Shown: one piece after another, positions 49,819-61,401 of the stretch
How positions within the stretch are numbered: position 1 is the first letter of the stretch
Layout: every line of letters starts with the position of its first letter
Source: Girardia tigrina
Lineage: Eukaryota
Direction: 5' to 3'
DNA: 61,401 nucleotides
Assembly (NCBI GenBank): GCA_001938485.1
Contig: MQRK01190407.1
Location: 1 to 61,401 of the forward strand
Notes under the pieces: model-generated
Databases searched by the model: none
The model's input: only the letters and a program-made list of their open reading frames with translations
What the model was told of the DNA's origin: nothing
Program-made: the position numbers and the translations under genes

Positions 49819-50962
49819 CGGGATGCGGAATTAATTCCGCGTTTGAATTAATTTAGCATCGGAATTAATTTTGGGTGAAAGAATTAATTATGCGAAAAAA
49901 TTAATTGTAAATCGAAATTAAATCTCAATGCTATAAAATATAAAATTAAAAATTTTCCGGAACCAAAAATAGGTAAATTGGAATTAATTTCGCATTTTTA
50001 TTTAATGGTTATTCTTAGGAAGAGGAAAAATCCAAGGTTTGAGTTTTTGGAAATTGGATGTAATACATTTCAGCTTAGTCGCGCTTTTAAATTATGATTG
50101 TGAGGAATGTTTTGAATTATGTGTTGATATTGTGAATGTTTTATGTTGATTCGAAATGTGCCTCTCATACATAGATGGATTATTGGTATTTTCTTTGATT
50201 CCTACTAATTAAAAATAATTTAATTTAATTTTAAAGTAAAAAGATTTAAAATAATATTTGAATGTATTATTTATTTTTTAATGTAATTTAAAATTTTAAT
50301 ATATTAATTTAATATGTTCTTTTTTAAAAAAAATTTAGATTTAATTTATTAATATATTAATTTAATATGCTCTTTTTAAAAATGTTTGGATTTAATTTTA
50401 ACCAATTAGATTCTTTACAATTAATAATATTTATTAACAGATTTTCATTTATTGAAAATAATTAGTATGAACTCAGAAATATGTCGATCAATAAAAATGT
50501 CACATACTGAATGCCCTTGTGATATTACTAAATGTTGTAAAACTCATATTGATATTGTTAATAATGATTATTTTAGGGAAGAGAAATTTAGGTATGAATT
50601 TTGTGAATTGAATGTAATACATTTGATGATAGGGTTTAGATTAGGGTTAAGGTTATGATTAGGATTAGAATTAGGTTAGGTGTTACGGTTAGAGTTATGG
50701 TTTAAGTTTAGGTTATAGATTTTATTGAGTTATCAGAAAATTTTAATAATGAAATCATTAAATTGTCGCAATTTACTTATTCTGGGTTCCGGAAATTTTT
50801 TAATTTTATATTTTATAGCGTTGGGATTTAATTTCGAGTTGGAATTAATTTCGTAAAATTAATTAATTACAATGCGAAATTAATGTTAACGCTGAATTAA
50901 TTCTAACGCGTAATTAATTCAGAGAGAAATTAATTCCAACGCGTAATAAATGCTGCCACCCG
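49819..50962. mobile_element. Foldback/MITE with ~170-bp inverted arms (GAATTAATT repeats) and an internal degenerate TTAGGG tract; hosts family copy F
   Basis: 49860-49980 is inverted relative to 50770-50900. CGGG/CCCG ends. TTAGGG-like repeats at 50631-50715. Confidence 0.7.
50099..50630 (+). repeat. TGTGAGG-family element copy F (divergent), with ORF from 50467 MNSEICRSIKMSHTECPCDITKCCKTHIDIVNN...
   Basis: Same head boxes (TGTGAGGAATGTT, TGTTGA, CCTCTCATACATAGATGG, ATTGGTATTTT) and a similar spacing to the ATG. Confidence 0.7.
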
Positions 50963-53299
50963 ATTGAACTCGAATTTCGCATTTATTTAATTATTTTTTG
51001 AGACTAAAGTTATTTTTGTTTATTGATTTTTTTGTTCGACACTCATCATACACCAATAAAATAATAATTGAATCAAAGAATTGAAAAATTTTTGTTGTAA
51101 AAATATTATTAATTATGAAAGTAAAGAAACAAACATTGAACCGTACAAATTTGTTTTGTTGAAATAAAAAATATTACTTTCGTTGACCTTGAAAACAAAT
51201 TGTGTGACATTTTTTTAAAAAAAGATTTGAATTGTGATAAATTTGAATACGTTATTAGTTGATATAATGTTGAAAAAGAATTTTGTAATTATGGAATTAA
51301 TGAATGATTTTTTTATGATAAAAATTGAGTGTAATTACAATAATTAATTTTTATTGTTAAAGTTTTTGGTATAGTGATCTAGCAAAATTTGTTTGAATAA
51401 AATTGAAATGTGAAGACGTGATTTTTTTATTGTTAGACAATTTAGAACTGAAATCAATCCAATCCTATTTTTGAATCGTTTTTATCTGCTGTAAGGAGTT
51501 CTCATAATAAATGAGAACGAATTATGAGAAAGTAATGCACTCATTTCTTGAACTTTTCGGGATCCAAATCTTATTCCAACAAGATTTATTTAATAATTCA
51601 AATTTTGCGCCTTTCGAATATCGGTTTTCAAGAGAATTTTTATAAGAATATTTGGAATACATAATTATACTATATATAAATGATAATATTAGGCATATTA
51701 ATATGCATTATTTATCTTTACATCTGCAAAAAAAACAAATATTTTTTGTAAAATTTTAACTAATATAAAATCCTGTTGAGTATTATTGTTATTGAATTCA
51801 TTGACATGTATGGTGGTAACAAGCAGCAAACATTGAATTAAATGCTAAAAACTTATGACAGTATATGCCTCTATCTTACCTCAATTAAGAATTTGAATAA
51901 CCATTGACAACATGACCGTCAGTTAGTGCATGATGATGAGAAATTTTGTAGTAATTGAGGAATTTCCTATAAATAAATGATTGCTAATTGTGAAACAAGA
52001 ACGCAGAATAACTATGAAAGGTATGAATAGGAAAATAACTCACAGGGATGAAATGTGAGTATCGTAGATGCGCTTGTCATCCTAAATTAATTTGTTGTAA
52101 GAAAGTTGTCATCCAGGCTTGTTCCTTATTTTATTTTTTCTAAGATGTGTGACCACTAGATATAAACCCAATAAATCTTCATTAAAATAGTTGGTAATTC
52201 CTCAAAAATATCGTTAATGTTGATGAAATCTTTTTATTCCTGTTTGGTTCTAAGACAAATAGTGAGTCCAGTTAACGGAAAGTCCTGAGAGAGATGAGTT
52301 ATGATTAGATGAAATCTTGAAAATGTCATCGAAAATCATCGATGTTATTAATTTTAAGAGATCGAATTGACAATGTTTATGGTTTTCCCTGGAAAAGCAT
52401 GTGAATTAATTTATTAGTTAAGTTATTGGAGTAAACATTTTCGAGGAAAATTCTTCTAAAATACTCCATATTTGAAGCAAGACGTGGAATCTTTCTTTAA
52501 AGCTGACTTTGAAATTCGTATCGGTGGAGGAAGTATGCAAATCAAAGTGTGTCTTATATTACAAATTAAATCATAGAAACCATTGTTGTTATAAAATAAA
52601 TATGCTGTTCTTGTTTGCATAAATTTTTGCCAAGTATATATTTTATTTTGACTTTCATAAACGTTTTAATTTTAAATTAATTGATATTTTTAATATTCAG
52701 TATTTTATCTCACTATAAGAAATGTATTACATCGAATTGAGGACGAATTCCCATATTTTTGTGCACTTATTATCTTTTATTGAATATTTGTTTATAAATG
52801 GATTTCTGAGTTAAATCTTCTCCACCTATCATTTTAAATGTCGTTACTTCTTCAGTATCCTTTACTCCTAATAATCCGAAACATTCACTTTCTTTTAGAG
52901 AGCTCAATTTCTTTTTTCATTTGACAAAGTTTCTTCAGAAGCTTTCCTTCAACGTCGAAGTTTCATATTTAAAGATGGTTTGTACATTTCAAATTAATCA
53001 CTTTTAATACATCATAAATATTCTCATGTTTTTATTATCATTCTCTCAGCACAAATATCACTGTCTTCTTCAAACATTTATTGCATTTTAATTTCAAATT
53101 CTTTAATTTCACCCAACAAACACAATTAACTAAACCTCTCAGTAGTACGTATAAGTATAGCCAAAGAATGTTTAAAAACAATATTTTTCGTTTTTCATAT
53201 TACGACGACGATTTCGATAAAAAATTTTAAATAAAAATATTTTCCATAATGTGAGAAAATTTTTATAATGTGTAGAGCAAAAAGAAAAGTAAAGAGGTT

Positions 53300-54260
53300 T
53301 CGTTGTACATATCGTAATGCAACGAATTTATTCGAAACATGTTCGCAGTAAATAGAATCGGTCGTCAGTAACAGCTGAATCTGGTCGTGCATCGGTTTCA
53401 ACGGACAAAACAGGAATCCATACTCATAGAAGAAATCGAGATACATGCAAGAGTAAAACACCATTAGGGACATTCAAATTTCCAGGGATCTAATTTTTCT
53501 TCCATCACCGACAGAATTCCATTTACGATGATTAGCGCAAAAAGCTTACCAGTAACTACTAAGAGAAAGATACCCCTATAGTTGTTCGGATAGGATCTTG
53601 AACCTTTTTCTTTGAATAGTGTCACCACTTTAAGACTCTTCCAAGCCTGTGGAAATTCATGAACACCTTTCCATATTAGTTCAAAATCAAGCTTCAGTTT
53701 GTCAGCGAGTGATTGCCCACCCAACTTCAGAACTTCAGCAATTACTCGATTTGATCCTGGTGTCTTCCCATTAATCAGCTACAATACAGCAAGCTTTATT
53801 TCAGCCTCGTCAGGAGAATCAACTATAACACGGCATTCTCCAGAGTATCGACTCATATCTACCCACTCGACGAGCGGGAGAGCTTTGAAAAGCCTTTGAT
53901 AGGGACCAGCCATGAGTTCATTGGACACAGAAAATACCGGTGTAAACAGCGTGTGTACCTTTATATCCTGATTCCTTAGGATACGCAGTTCAAGATAGTC
54001 CGTACTATTTTACTTGAAATTATCGGCGTTTAAGTAGTCTTCAATTGCATTCCTGAGATCAATCACCTTTTCTCGCTTCCATTTCCTAATGAAATTTCTT
54101 ACCTTGTTCCGCACTGCTCTCAGTGTTGGAGATTATCAGGGAAGGGTGCTATGTCAATTTCAGCCTTTTATGAATTTTTTCATTGATGAGCTGACATAGT
54201 TCAGTTTTATGTTAATGTAACCAATTTCCTGTCAGAGGCTGTCATTTTATCTTCTGGGAA
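53300..54260 (-). mobile_element. Degenerate RTE-like non-LTR retrotransposon RT fragment
   Basis: GKTPGSNRVIAEVLKLGG...IW...PQAWK...VTLFKEKGSRSYPNNYRGIFLLVVTGKLFA. Confidence 0.85.
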
Positions 54261-55166
54261 CTGTCCAGTAATTTAGTAATTACCTTCTCGGTATTATTCT
54301 ATCAGGAGTCAGTATGAACATTGATGCGTTGAAGTTGGGCCGAATAATATTCTCGGTCCTTGATAAAAATGTCTTTCTGAACGTTATAGGTAGTCCAATT
54401 TTAGGTTTTCATGCCATAAATGCTGTTTTATATATTTCAGATACAAAACTACACAATCGTGATCAGAGCCGCAGTCATAAAGATATTTACATATGTTTAG
54501 AATAATGACTGTTAAGTTGATAACATTAGTTATTTTCAGCTTTAACAAATTTTTTACAGCCACAATTACTGCATATATCATACATTGTATATCGACAAGC
54601 AATCATTCCCAATGCTAAATAAAATGTTTGCGTGATTCGTGCAAGTGATATTCTAAACAATGAGAATATTTTTTGTTCCTAAAACTTTTATCATATTAGT
54701 TTCTTTTCCTGTTCATTTCCATATTGAACATACAAGTATTAAAAACACAACACAGCCAATATTATTCAAATGACTAGAGTAACAAAGTTGACATTTGATA
54801 ATATCGAGCTTAAATTAATTTTTAATTATATTATATAAAAAATAATCAAAAATAATAAACAATTTTTTCAATATTGAATTAAAATATTATATAACATTAT
54901 CAATGCAAATATTGGTCAGTAACATTTATATTTTATTTTTTACAATAAAAATGTCAGAGGAAAACATAATTTGTATATGTTCATTATGAAAGAAATGATA
55001 TTGCGTCTTTTGTAATATTAAAAAAAAATTTATTATTTGAAATACTATTTTTTTTAAATTTAATAAAAATAATTGAATATTATATTGTAATTAAAATTTT
55101 AAAGGTTACCAGTAGTATATTAAAAGATGATAAATAATAAACATATATACTATAAACCAGAGATAT

Positions 55167-56625
55167 AAGGCCATAATTCAGGTCCTTTTTTTAATATATT
55201 GACTGGGGGGCCGGAGCCCCCACCCAGTTCAAGACAAAAGTGATAGATTGGGGAGGGCAATTTTTTTAAAAATCCATTTTTAAAACTACCTTTCTATTTT
55301 TTGTGATCATAATCTGATGCTTTTGCAACAACAGAAGACTTAAACTTCGTTGTTCTAGCAAAAGACTGAACCATAAATACAAACACTGGCCCCTTCGCAA
55401 CAGAAGAATCCATTATCAGCACTTCTCACAATACTGTGGAATGGTACAAGCACATGAAAAGTGAATGTAAAATGGTAAGTAAAAAATAGTAGGGACTGCT
55501 TGGAAGTATTTATGTTTGCACCTGTTGAAAGAAAGCGTAAAATACGTTATGTAAAATGTAGAGCGTGTGAAAATTTTGTGAATGTAGCTTACTCCGGTTG
55601 CTCTCAGTTGTACTGTTTACTTGGCTTATGGCTTCCGTGCAGATGTAACTGTAAAAGTGAAGGCTGTCACAAATAACCTTGACTCAATCTTCCAAAAGGC
55701 AGCAGTGCGACATGTAGATTGAGAATTGCAGTGGAAAATTCATTCCTCTCATCAAGATTGACTGAAATGTTAGCAAAAGTACTGTGTGGGCCTTGTGGAG
55801 TTTCTTATCTTACTCGCCGTGGACGTTTATAATGACAGTCTGATAGCAACTCTTTCTGCCAACAGCTTACCTCATGGTATTTAACTCAGGTACACAAGTA
55901 CAAAATTATTAATGTCTTCTCGAAAATGAAGTTATATCGGGACGGGTTGTTGTATGTAACCGCGTCCGCAATACTATTGACTTGATCAAGTTTGACGCGT
56001 TTGTTAGCGACCGGATGACCGGCACCTAAATCGTACAACCAATTACACGATAAAAGTTAATGTTTAACCTGATTCATCTCAGATGTAATTTTAATCGACG
56101 TAACGGTCGATTTATTGGATCGCTCCATCTTGACAGTCTTTTGTATGTGGTATTTAATGAGAACGAGAATTTTCGATAAACGTTTATTTATAAACAATGA
56201 AGTATCAAATTAAACAATGAAGTATCACTTAACAGTCTCATAGTTGATATTTTGAAAATATTTCGTGATTTGCAAAGACAGCTACAATGTGACTACCTGA
56301 TTCTGCCAGAGATATTAAGCAATAGAGATTCGGCACTACAGCCGTAGGAAACAGAGACTCATTTTAAGAGCTGTTAATACGAATATGCCAACTACAAGAA
56401 ATCAGGATGCAGTGAGCCTCGAAATTGTATAAACACAACAGAATTATCTTGGAGAGCTGTTTGATGTGGAACAAGAAGTAGTCCAAGACATATTAACTCT
56501 TTTGCAAACAGCAGAACTCAAAACATTTCATTAATGCAGGATTCAAAATAACATGATATTTGTTTTCAGAAAAAAATCCAGCACTTTGTTGATGACTGTG
56601 CTGAGCAATGACCAATAAAAGCTTT
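55167..56625 (+). mobile_element. Degenerate hAT transposon (KIAA1586-like transposase), probably with a small insertion at ~55935-56215
   Basis: GC-rich hAT-like left end (GGGGGCCGGAGCCCCC). Peptides CRACENFV and LAVDVYNDSLIATLSANSLP. Confidence 0.55.
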
Positions 56626-57329
56626 ACCCTAATGAAATAATGGATTTTTAAATAATTGATTTAAAAGTAATATATAAAGACAATGATAATTATGCTTGTA
56701 CTAATTTTAAAAGTTATTCTAATAATAAAAATTTGAATATTGTAAATTATTTTTTGTATTTATATTGTATTTAAAATAATTGTAGGTAAAAATGCTTTTA
56801 AACTGAAATATTGATAATAAATAAAAACGTTAAAATCTTTATTAATTAAAAAACTTTTCCCAAATAAAAGAAAATAACATTAAACTAATTCTAAAATAAT
56901 AAAAAATCATTTCGGTTAATTTAGTAAAAATATGACTACAAAATGATTGATTATGACTACAAAAATTGGTTTTAATTTAAATTAAATTGCATAAAATAGT
57001 GGTATGTAAATTTTCAAAAATAAATAGAATAAACAATTTCAATTTTAAAATAACTTATCAGTATTTATAATTTCATATTTTTATATAACAATCTGGTCAA
57101 AAAGAAAACGAAGAAAAGTTCCTCAACAAACAATTGTTATTAAAAAATTGTTAACTAAAAATTGTTTGAATAATTGTTAATTGTATTATAAATAAAATTC
57201 TGGTGTTAATGAGTCTTAATCTCGATCAAGAACCCAATATTTATATTTGTAAACCTTGAATGTTTCAACTATTTTTAAAAAAGTCGAATTTGGCCTGAAA
57301 TCCTATAACTGGCAAAGTAAATTGCTTGC

Positions 57330-59870
57330 TGATGAGGACGGACCTCACCCACGACAGCGCGTCGCCATGGCATTGTACACCTCGGGTTCGCCGGTTTCAC
57401 AAACACTGCATCGGCCGCTCGGAACTCCGAATTGTTCTTGACCTCGCTTTTGGTATTCGGCTCGCAAAATCCCTCGGTAGTAGTAATTGCCTCTGTTGCG
57501 CGAAAACTGTGGACGCTGGAATTATGTCAGATGAATTTGGCATCGCGTTGTACAACACGATTATATCCTTGATTGATTCCCCGCTTCTTGCTGGCATGTG
57601 CTTAATCGTTCGATGATAACGATCGACGATCCAATTTCCACTCGGCCGATTTGCGCATCGGAACATGATCTCGACGCCCACTCAGGTCAGCAATTCTCGG
57701 ATCGCTATTCTAGATTGGTTGCGAAATTGACCATCAGGAGTTCTCGCGGCGGCCCGAATTCAGCAAATACTACCCTGAAAGCGGCACACAGCTCTCATCG
57801 CTTTCGGATCTAATTTTTCGAGGCAATGAGAATCGTCCTGGCCCGCAGTCCACCAACGTCATAAACTTCCCCTTGGTGGTGTGCGTTATTACGGAAAGGA
57901 GTTAATGAATCAAAGATCCTCCCTAACTCGCCTACGCAATCACGTAATATAATACAATGAAAATAAAAATTATATAAATTAGTGAAATTATAATTATATA
58001 ACAATTAAAAAGAAGTGGGTAAGAGTCAACAAGATAGCTAGTAAATCACAGGACAGAATCACAAGAAATAGGGAGAAAATATCACTGGGATTTAACGTAA
58101 AAAGAAATGATAGTTACTTTTTAGTCACGATCAAACTCAGATTGGTTTCGATAAGGTATAGGGGAGAGTATCGGAAAAATATCGATGATAAATAGTTGTT
58201 CCCGCCCTGTTTTCGCTCGGGGATTGATTGGATTGGGGAACTTTGTATCCTTTGTTCGGTGGGGAAAATTTGATCTGATTCGATTTAGAGTCTCGATCAA
58301 TCTCGAGGTGGTCTTGATAGAATACGGGAACAGTATCGAAATAGTATCGATAGTAAGTAGCGGTACCTGCTCTGTTTCTGTTCAGGGATTGATTGGATTG
58401 ATAAGCTCTGTTAATCTTGTTCGGTGGGGGAAAATTTGACCTGATTCGATTGTTTCCGTATTCACGAATGGTCCAAGTGAATTAATTAATTCACTGACAG
58501 TTAATCGGAAACGGATGATTTTTTGTTTCGTTACCACGATTGTAACGTTCGACAACAATTGCTTTTCTTTTAGTAACCAAAGTTAATTATTTATTTTCGT
58601 CTAATTTAGATCAATTATTATTGATCTTTTTATTTGCATTAATTTTGTATTGCCATAGGCAATATTCTTCTTCGCATAATATTAAAGAAAATAATAATAT
58701 TTAAAAAAATGAATATTATGTGAAGCTGTTGAAATAAAAAGTAAAAAAAAATAACAAACACACTGAAAGCAGGAAAATCATAAAAAAATAAAAAAATGTC
58801 ACAAAAATAAGCGACATACACACAAAAATACAAACGGGAAATAATGCGTCGGTAAAAAAAATAAAACCCGCAACATGCGTTACATACATTGAGAGTCTGT
58901 GCTATGCATTGCATTTCTCCCATTTCATTGCTGTGGGATCAATTGACGCACACTGAGAACACTTGTTTACGACCGCTCGGATTTGACTCTCGGATACACG
59001 GCCAGGGCCCCATAGTCTTCTCGCCAGGATTTTCATTCTTTTCAATTCGAAATTGTGAACCTTGTGGAGTGTTTCTAGACTATCTGCTGTCCCATGCTCT
59101 ACTTCAATTCCAACGGCCACCACTTTGAATGTTCCTTTTGCTGGCGACAACTAGTCATTCAGTACTCTCGTGAGGTCATCTGCTTTATTCTCTGCTGAAC
59201 TCATTAACTTCCATGTTACATTCAGTCATTCTTCTTCAGTTATTTGGCTGATGATACTTATCCATCGTTTCACCAACAGCACGCTCATTCCCTTGGATTT
59301 GACTGGTCCGTTGCCCATCAACGCATTTGCAATCCATCTGAAAACTATGGCAAAGCCCGTCATGATCTCGAACTCGTCCAGGCCTCATGCCACCGCCGCT
59401 TCAACTGCTTCGATCGCTGCCTCCAGTTACTCCAAGTTTATGTGCGCTGCGTAGTCCTATTTGCGCAGTCAAGTTGAATCCTTGACAACTTCTCTCCTAA
59501 TCCCTACAGAAATTCCAGTTGCAAGAGAACTCGAATCGTACCACATACGTTCGCGTCTGCATTTCGGAACGTCCCATCTCTTGGTCACAGAGTCCTCGCT
59601 CTTCAGTCGTTTCTCTAGCTTTTTTTGCGATTTCCGCCACATGCAAATCTAGAGGCTCATTCCATCCACCACCATTGACTGCTCCCTTGAGGAAAATACA
59701 TTTTCGCCTTAACCAGCTGCCAACTGGGAAATGTCCCAATAGTTGACCAACTCAGGAGAAAAGTTTGCACCGCGTCAACTGATCTGGTAGTTATGGGATT
59801 TTGCCGTCTGTGAAACACCACAGTTCTCCTTTGGATTCACACACAGCGAGTCCGAGTACCCTTCCGTCGT
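57330..59870 (-). mobile_element. Degenerate Gypsy pol (RNase H and integrase), same family as 11685-14750
   Basis: LARRLWGPG...CSQCASIDP, KGKFMTLVDCGPG and FRCANRPSGN.IV.R.HRTIK mirror the 13.5-14.1 kb peptides. Confidence 0.88.
57887..58875. mobile_element. Probable solo LTR (989 bp) nested in the Gypsy integrase
   Basis: 5-bp TSD TGCGT (57882-57886, 58876-58880). Termini TATTACGG...CCGCAACA. Internal direct repeats at ~58219-58285 and 58385-58452. Removing it restores YVTH-TTKGKFMTLVDCGPG. Confidence 0.8.
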
Positions 59871-60577
59871 TGATAAATAAAGATAATAAAATATATAAGA
59901 AAACAGTTTAACAATCGTTTACTGACAGAACCTTTCATTATGTATTTAAAGTCACTCTAAAATAACTCATAAATCCAAATGATCTTTTCAAATCATTTCT
60001 ATAAATATTTTGATTAACTTTATCGTAAGACTAATAAATAAAAAAATAACAAATAATTAAATCAGAGTAAAAATGATGTTGTAAAAGTAACGTTAACGGA
60101 ATAAAATAACAAATGTCACAACACTAAACTGAAATTATAAATTTAACTTTTTAGATGTTGTTGCAACACGAACAATGGTAACGGAGATATAGAATCTTGT
60201 TATCGTTGATTTTGGTAGCAAATACGTGGTTATCTTGTTTCTAAATCATATCTTTTGCTTCGATGATTTGTATTTTCAATTGGTGATAAATTGTTCGGGA
60301 TATATATCCAAATATTGGCGCTTGGTTGATACTAATTACTGTCCAAAAAAGACAAATTGGCAAAGTAAAGTAATTTCTTGGCAATTCAATTTTGCCATTG
60401 AATTTCTTTTATTTGAATTTTAAATTATAATTCTGAATAATAATTTTGATGCAGTAGGATGGAGAAATTCCGCCTGATTTTTATTTCCAGGCCGTCAATT
60501 TTCTCTTTCTTTCGTTTCTTTTCAAATTCCCAATTCATGTACAAAACAAACTGACAAACAATCAAGTGAAAATATTT

Positions 60578-60612
<35 letters not shown>

Positions 60613-60691
60613 CATTTACATACTTTAGTTAAAATAAAAATCAAAATATACAGTCTTGCCTTACAATGAATATAGGAAGAAAGCAAATACA

Positions 60692-60770
60692 GAAGGGATC
60701 GTTCGCTTAATACGTAACAAGAAAATAGCCTTTTTTGACCCCCCTCCACCATTACGTAACGTAACAAATA
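60692..60770 (+). mobile_element. MITE terminus (Harbinger-like)
   Basis: AAGGGATCGTTCGCTTAATACGTAAC...GACCCCCCTCC...CGTAAC pattern. Confidence 0.4.
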
Positions 60771-61134
60771 TTTTTTTCAAAGTTATATATAAATAAATCA
60801 CAACTCGATCAATTGTTTATAAAAGTTGATGATTTTTTCACAAACTTACAGTAAATTTTGTTGGCTATATTTAAAAATGTACTAGAAAAAATGTCAAACT
60901 ACCGAAATATTTTTAAAAAGCAAAACACTTTCAAAAATGAATTAAATTTATTTAAGATATACAAAATTTGCATTTTTTGTAGACATCATTTATTCATTTT
61001 CCCAAGGGTTTAAAGTCAAAAACTGGTATGGAACCCTCGGATGATTTATCGAAATTTATTGTTGAATTTACTATCACATCATCCATATCTATCCATTCGC
61101 ATGTCTCCAATCCTGGTGATTCTTCCGTAATGAC

Positions 61135-61401
61135 TGTGAGGAATATTTTAAATTTGGTATGTTGAAATTGGTTTGTTGAATTTTGTATGTTGAGTTTAGT
61201 ATTTGGAAATGTGTTTCTCCCACCCAGATGGAAAATTGATATTTTAGATGTTCACGATAAATAATTATTCGAGTATAATTTCTATAATTTATATTTTAAA
61301 GTACAACATAAGATATTTAAAAACATTAAAAAATATTAAATCTTTTCAAATCTTCATATTAAAATTTAAATAAAATAATTTTCAAATAAAATTAATATGT
61401 A
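61135..61401 (+). repeat. TGTGAGG-family element copy G (type A), runs off the window
   Basis: TGTGAGGAATATTTTAAATT, TGTTGA repeats, TTCTCCCACCCAGATGGAAA and TATTCGAGTATAATT are shared with copies A and C. Confidence 0.78.

Noticed and set aside
50631-50715. Telomere or chromosome-fusion site
   Set aside because: A short, highly degenerate TTAGGG-like tract internal to a foldback element.
51950-53130. Coding-like minus-strand tract (also 7760-8120 and 8850-9110)
   Set aside because: Heavily broken frames with no motif I can assign. Probably old TE debris, so left uncalled.
54300-54510. Candidate next myosin exon
   Set aside because: No frame gives myosin motor motifs.

Overview
Very AT-rich eukaryotic (metazoan-like) genomic scaffold with assembly gaps. 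The ~50-bp minimal introns and the repeat content suggest an invertebrate such as a planarian flatworm, which is inference only. One host gene is well supported: the 5' part of an unconventional myosin (class XV/XXII-like motor), 9 exons between 17306 and 39505 on +, with small introns alternating with huge TE-filled introns; its next exon was not found in the window. Most other recognisable sequence is mobile-element derived. The window opens with the right end of a Polinton/Maverick (pPolB C-terminus plus a terminal region carrying a 21-bp-periodic array of RFX X-box motifs). It also contains two related Gypsy elements, Tc1/mariner/IS630-like elements, hAT, piggyBac, Penelope-like, RTE and R2-like fragments, a Helitron, a Helentron-like element, several MITEs/foldbacks, and intronless USP8-N-terminus and RNF14-like copies. 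The most unexplained signal is a dispersed family of 7 copies. Each starts sharply at TGTGAGGAATATT, has TGTTGA repeats and (except one deleted copy) a TCTC-N6-AGATGG box, then an AT spacer and, about 290-410 bp in, a short Cys-patterned ORF. Twice the copies occur as head-to-head pairs.
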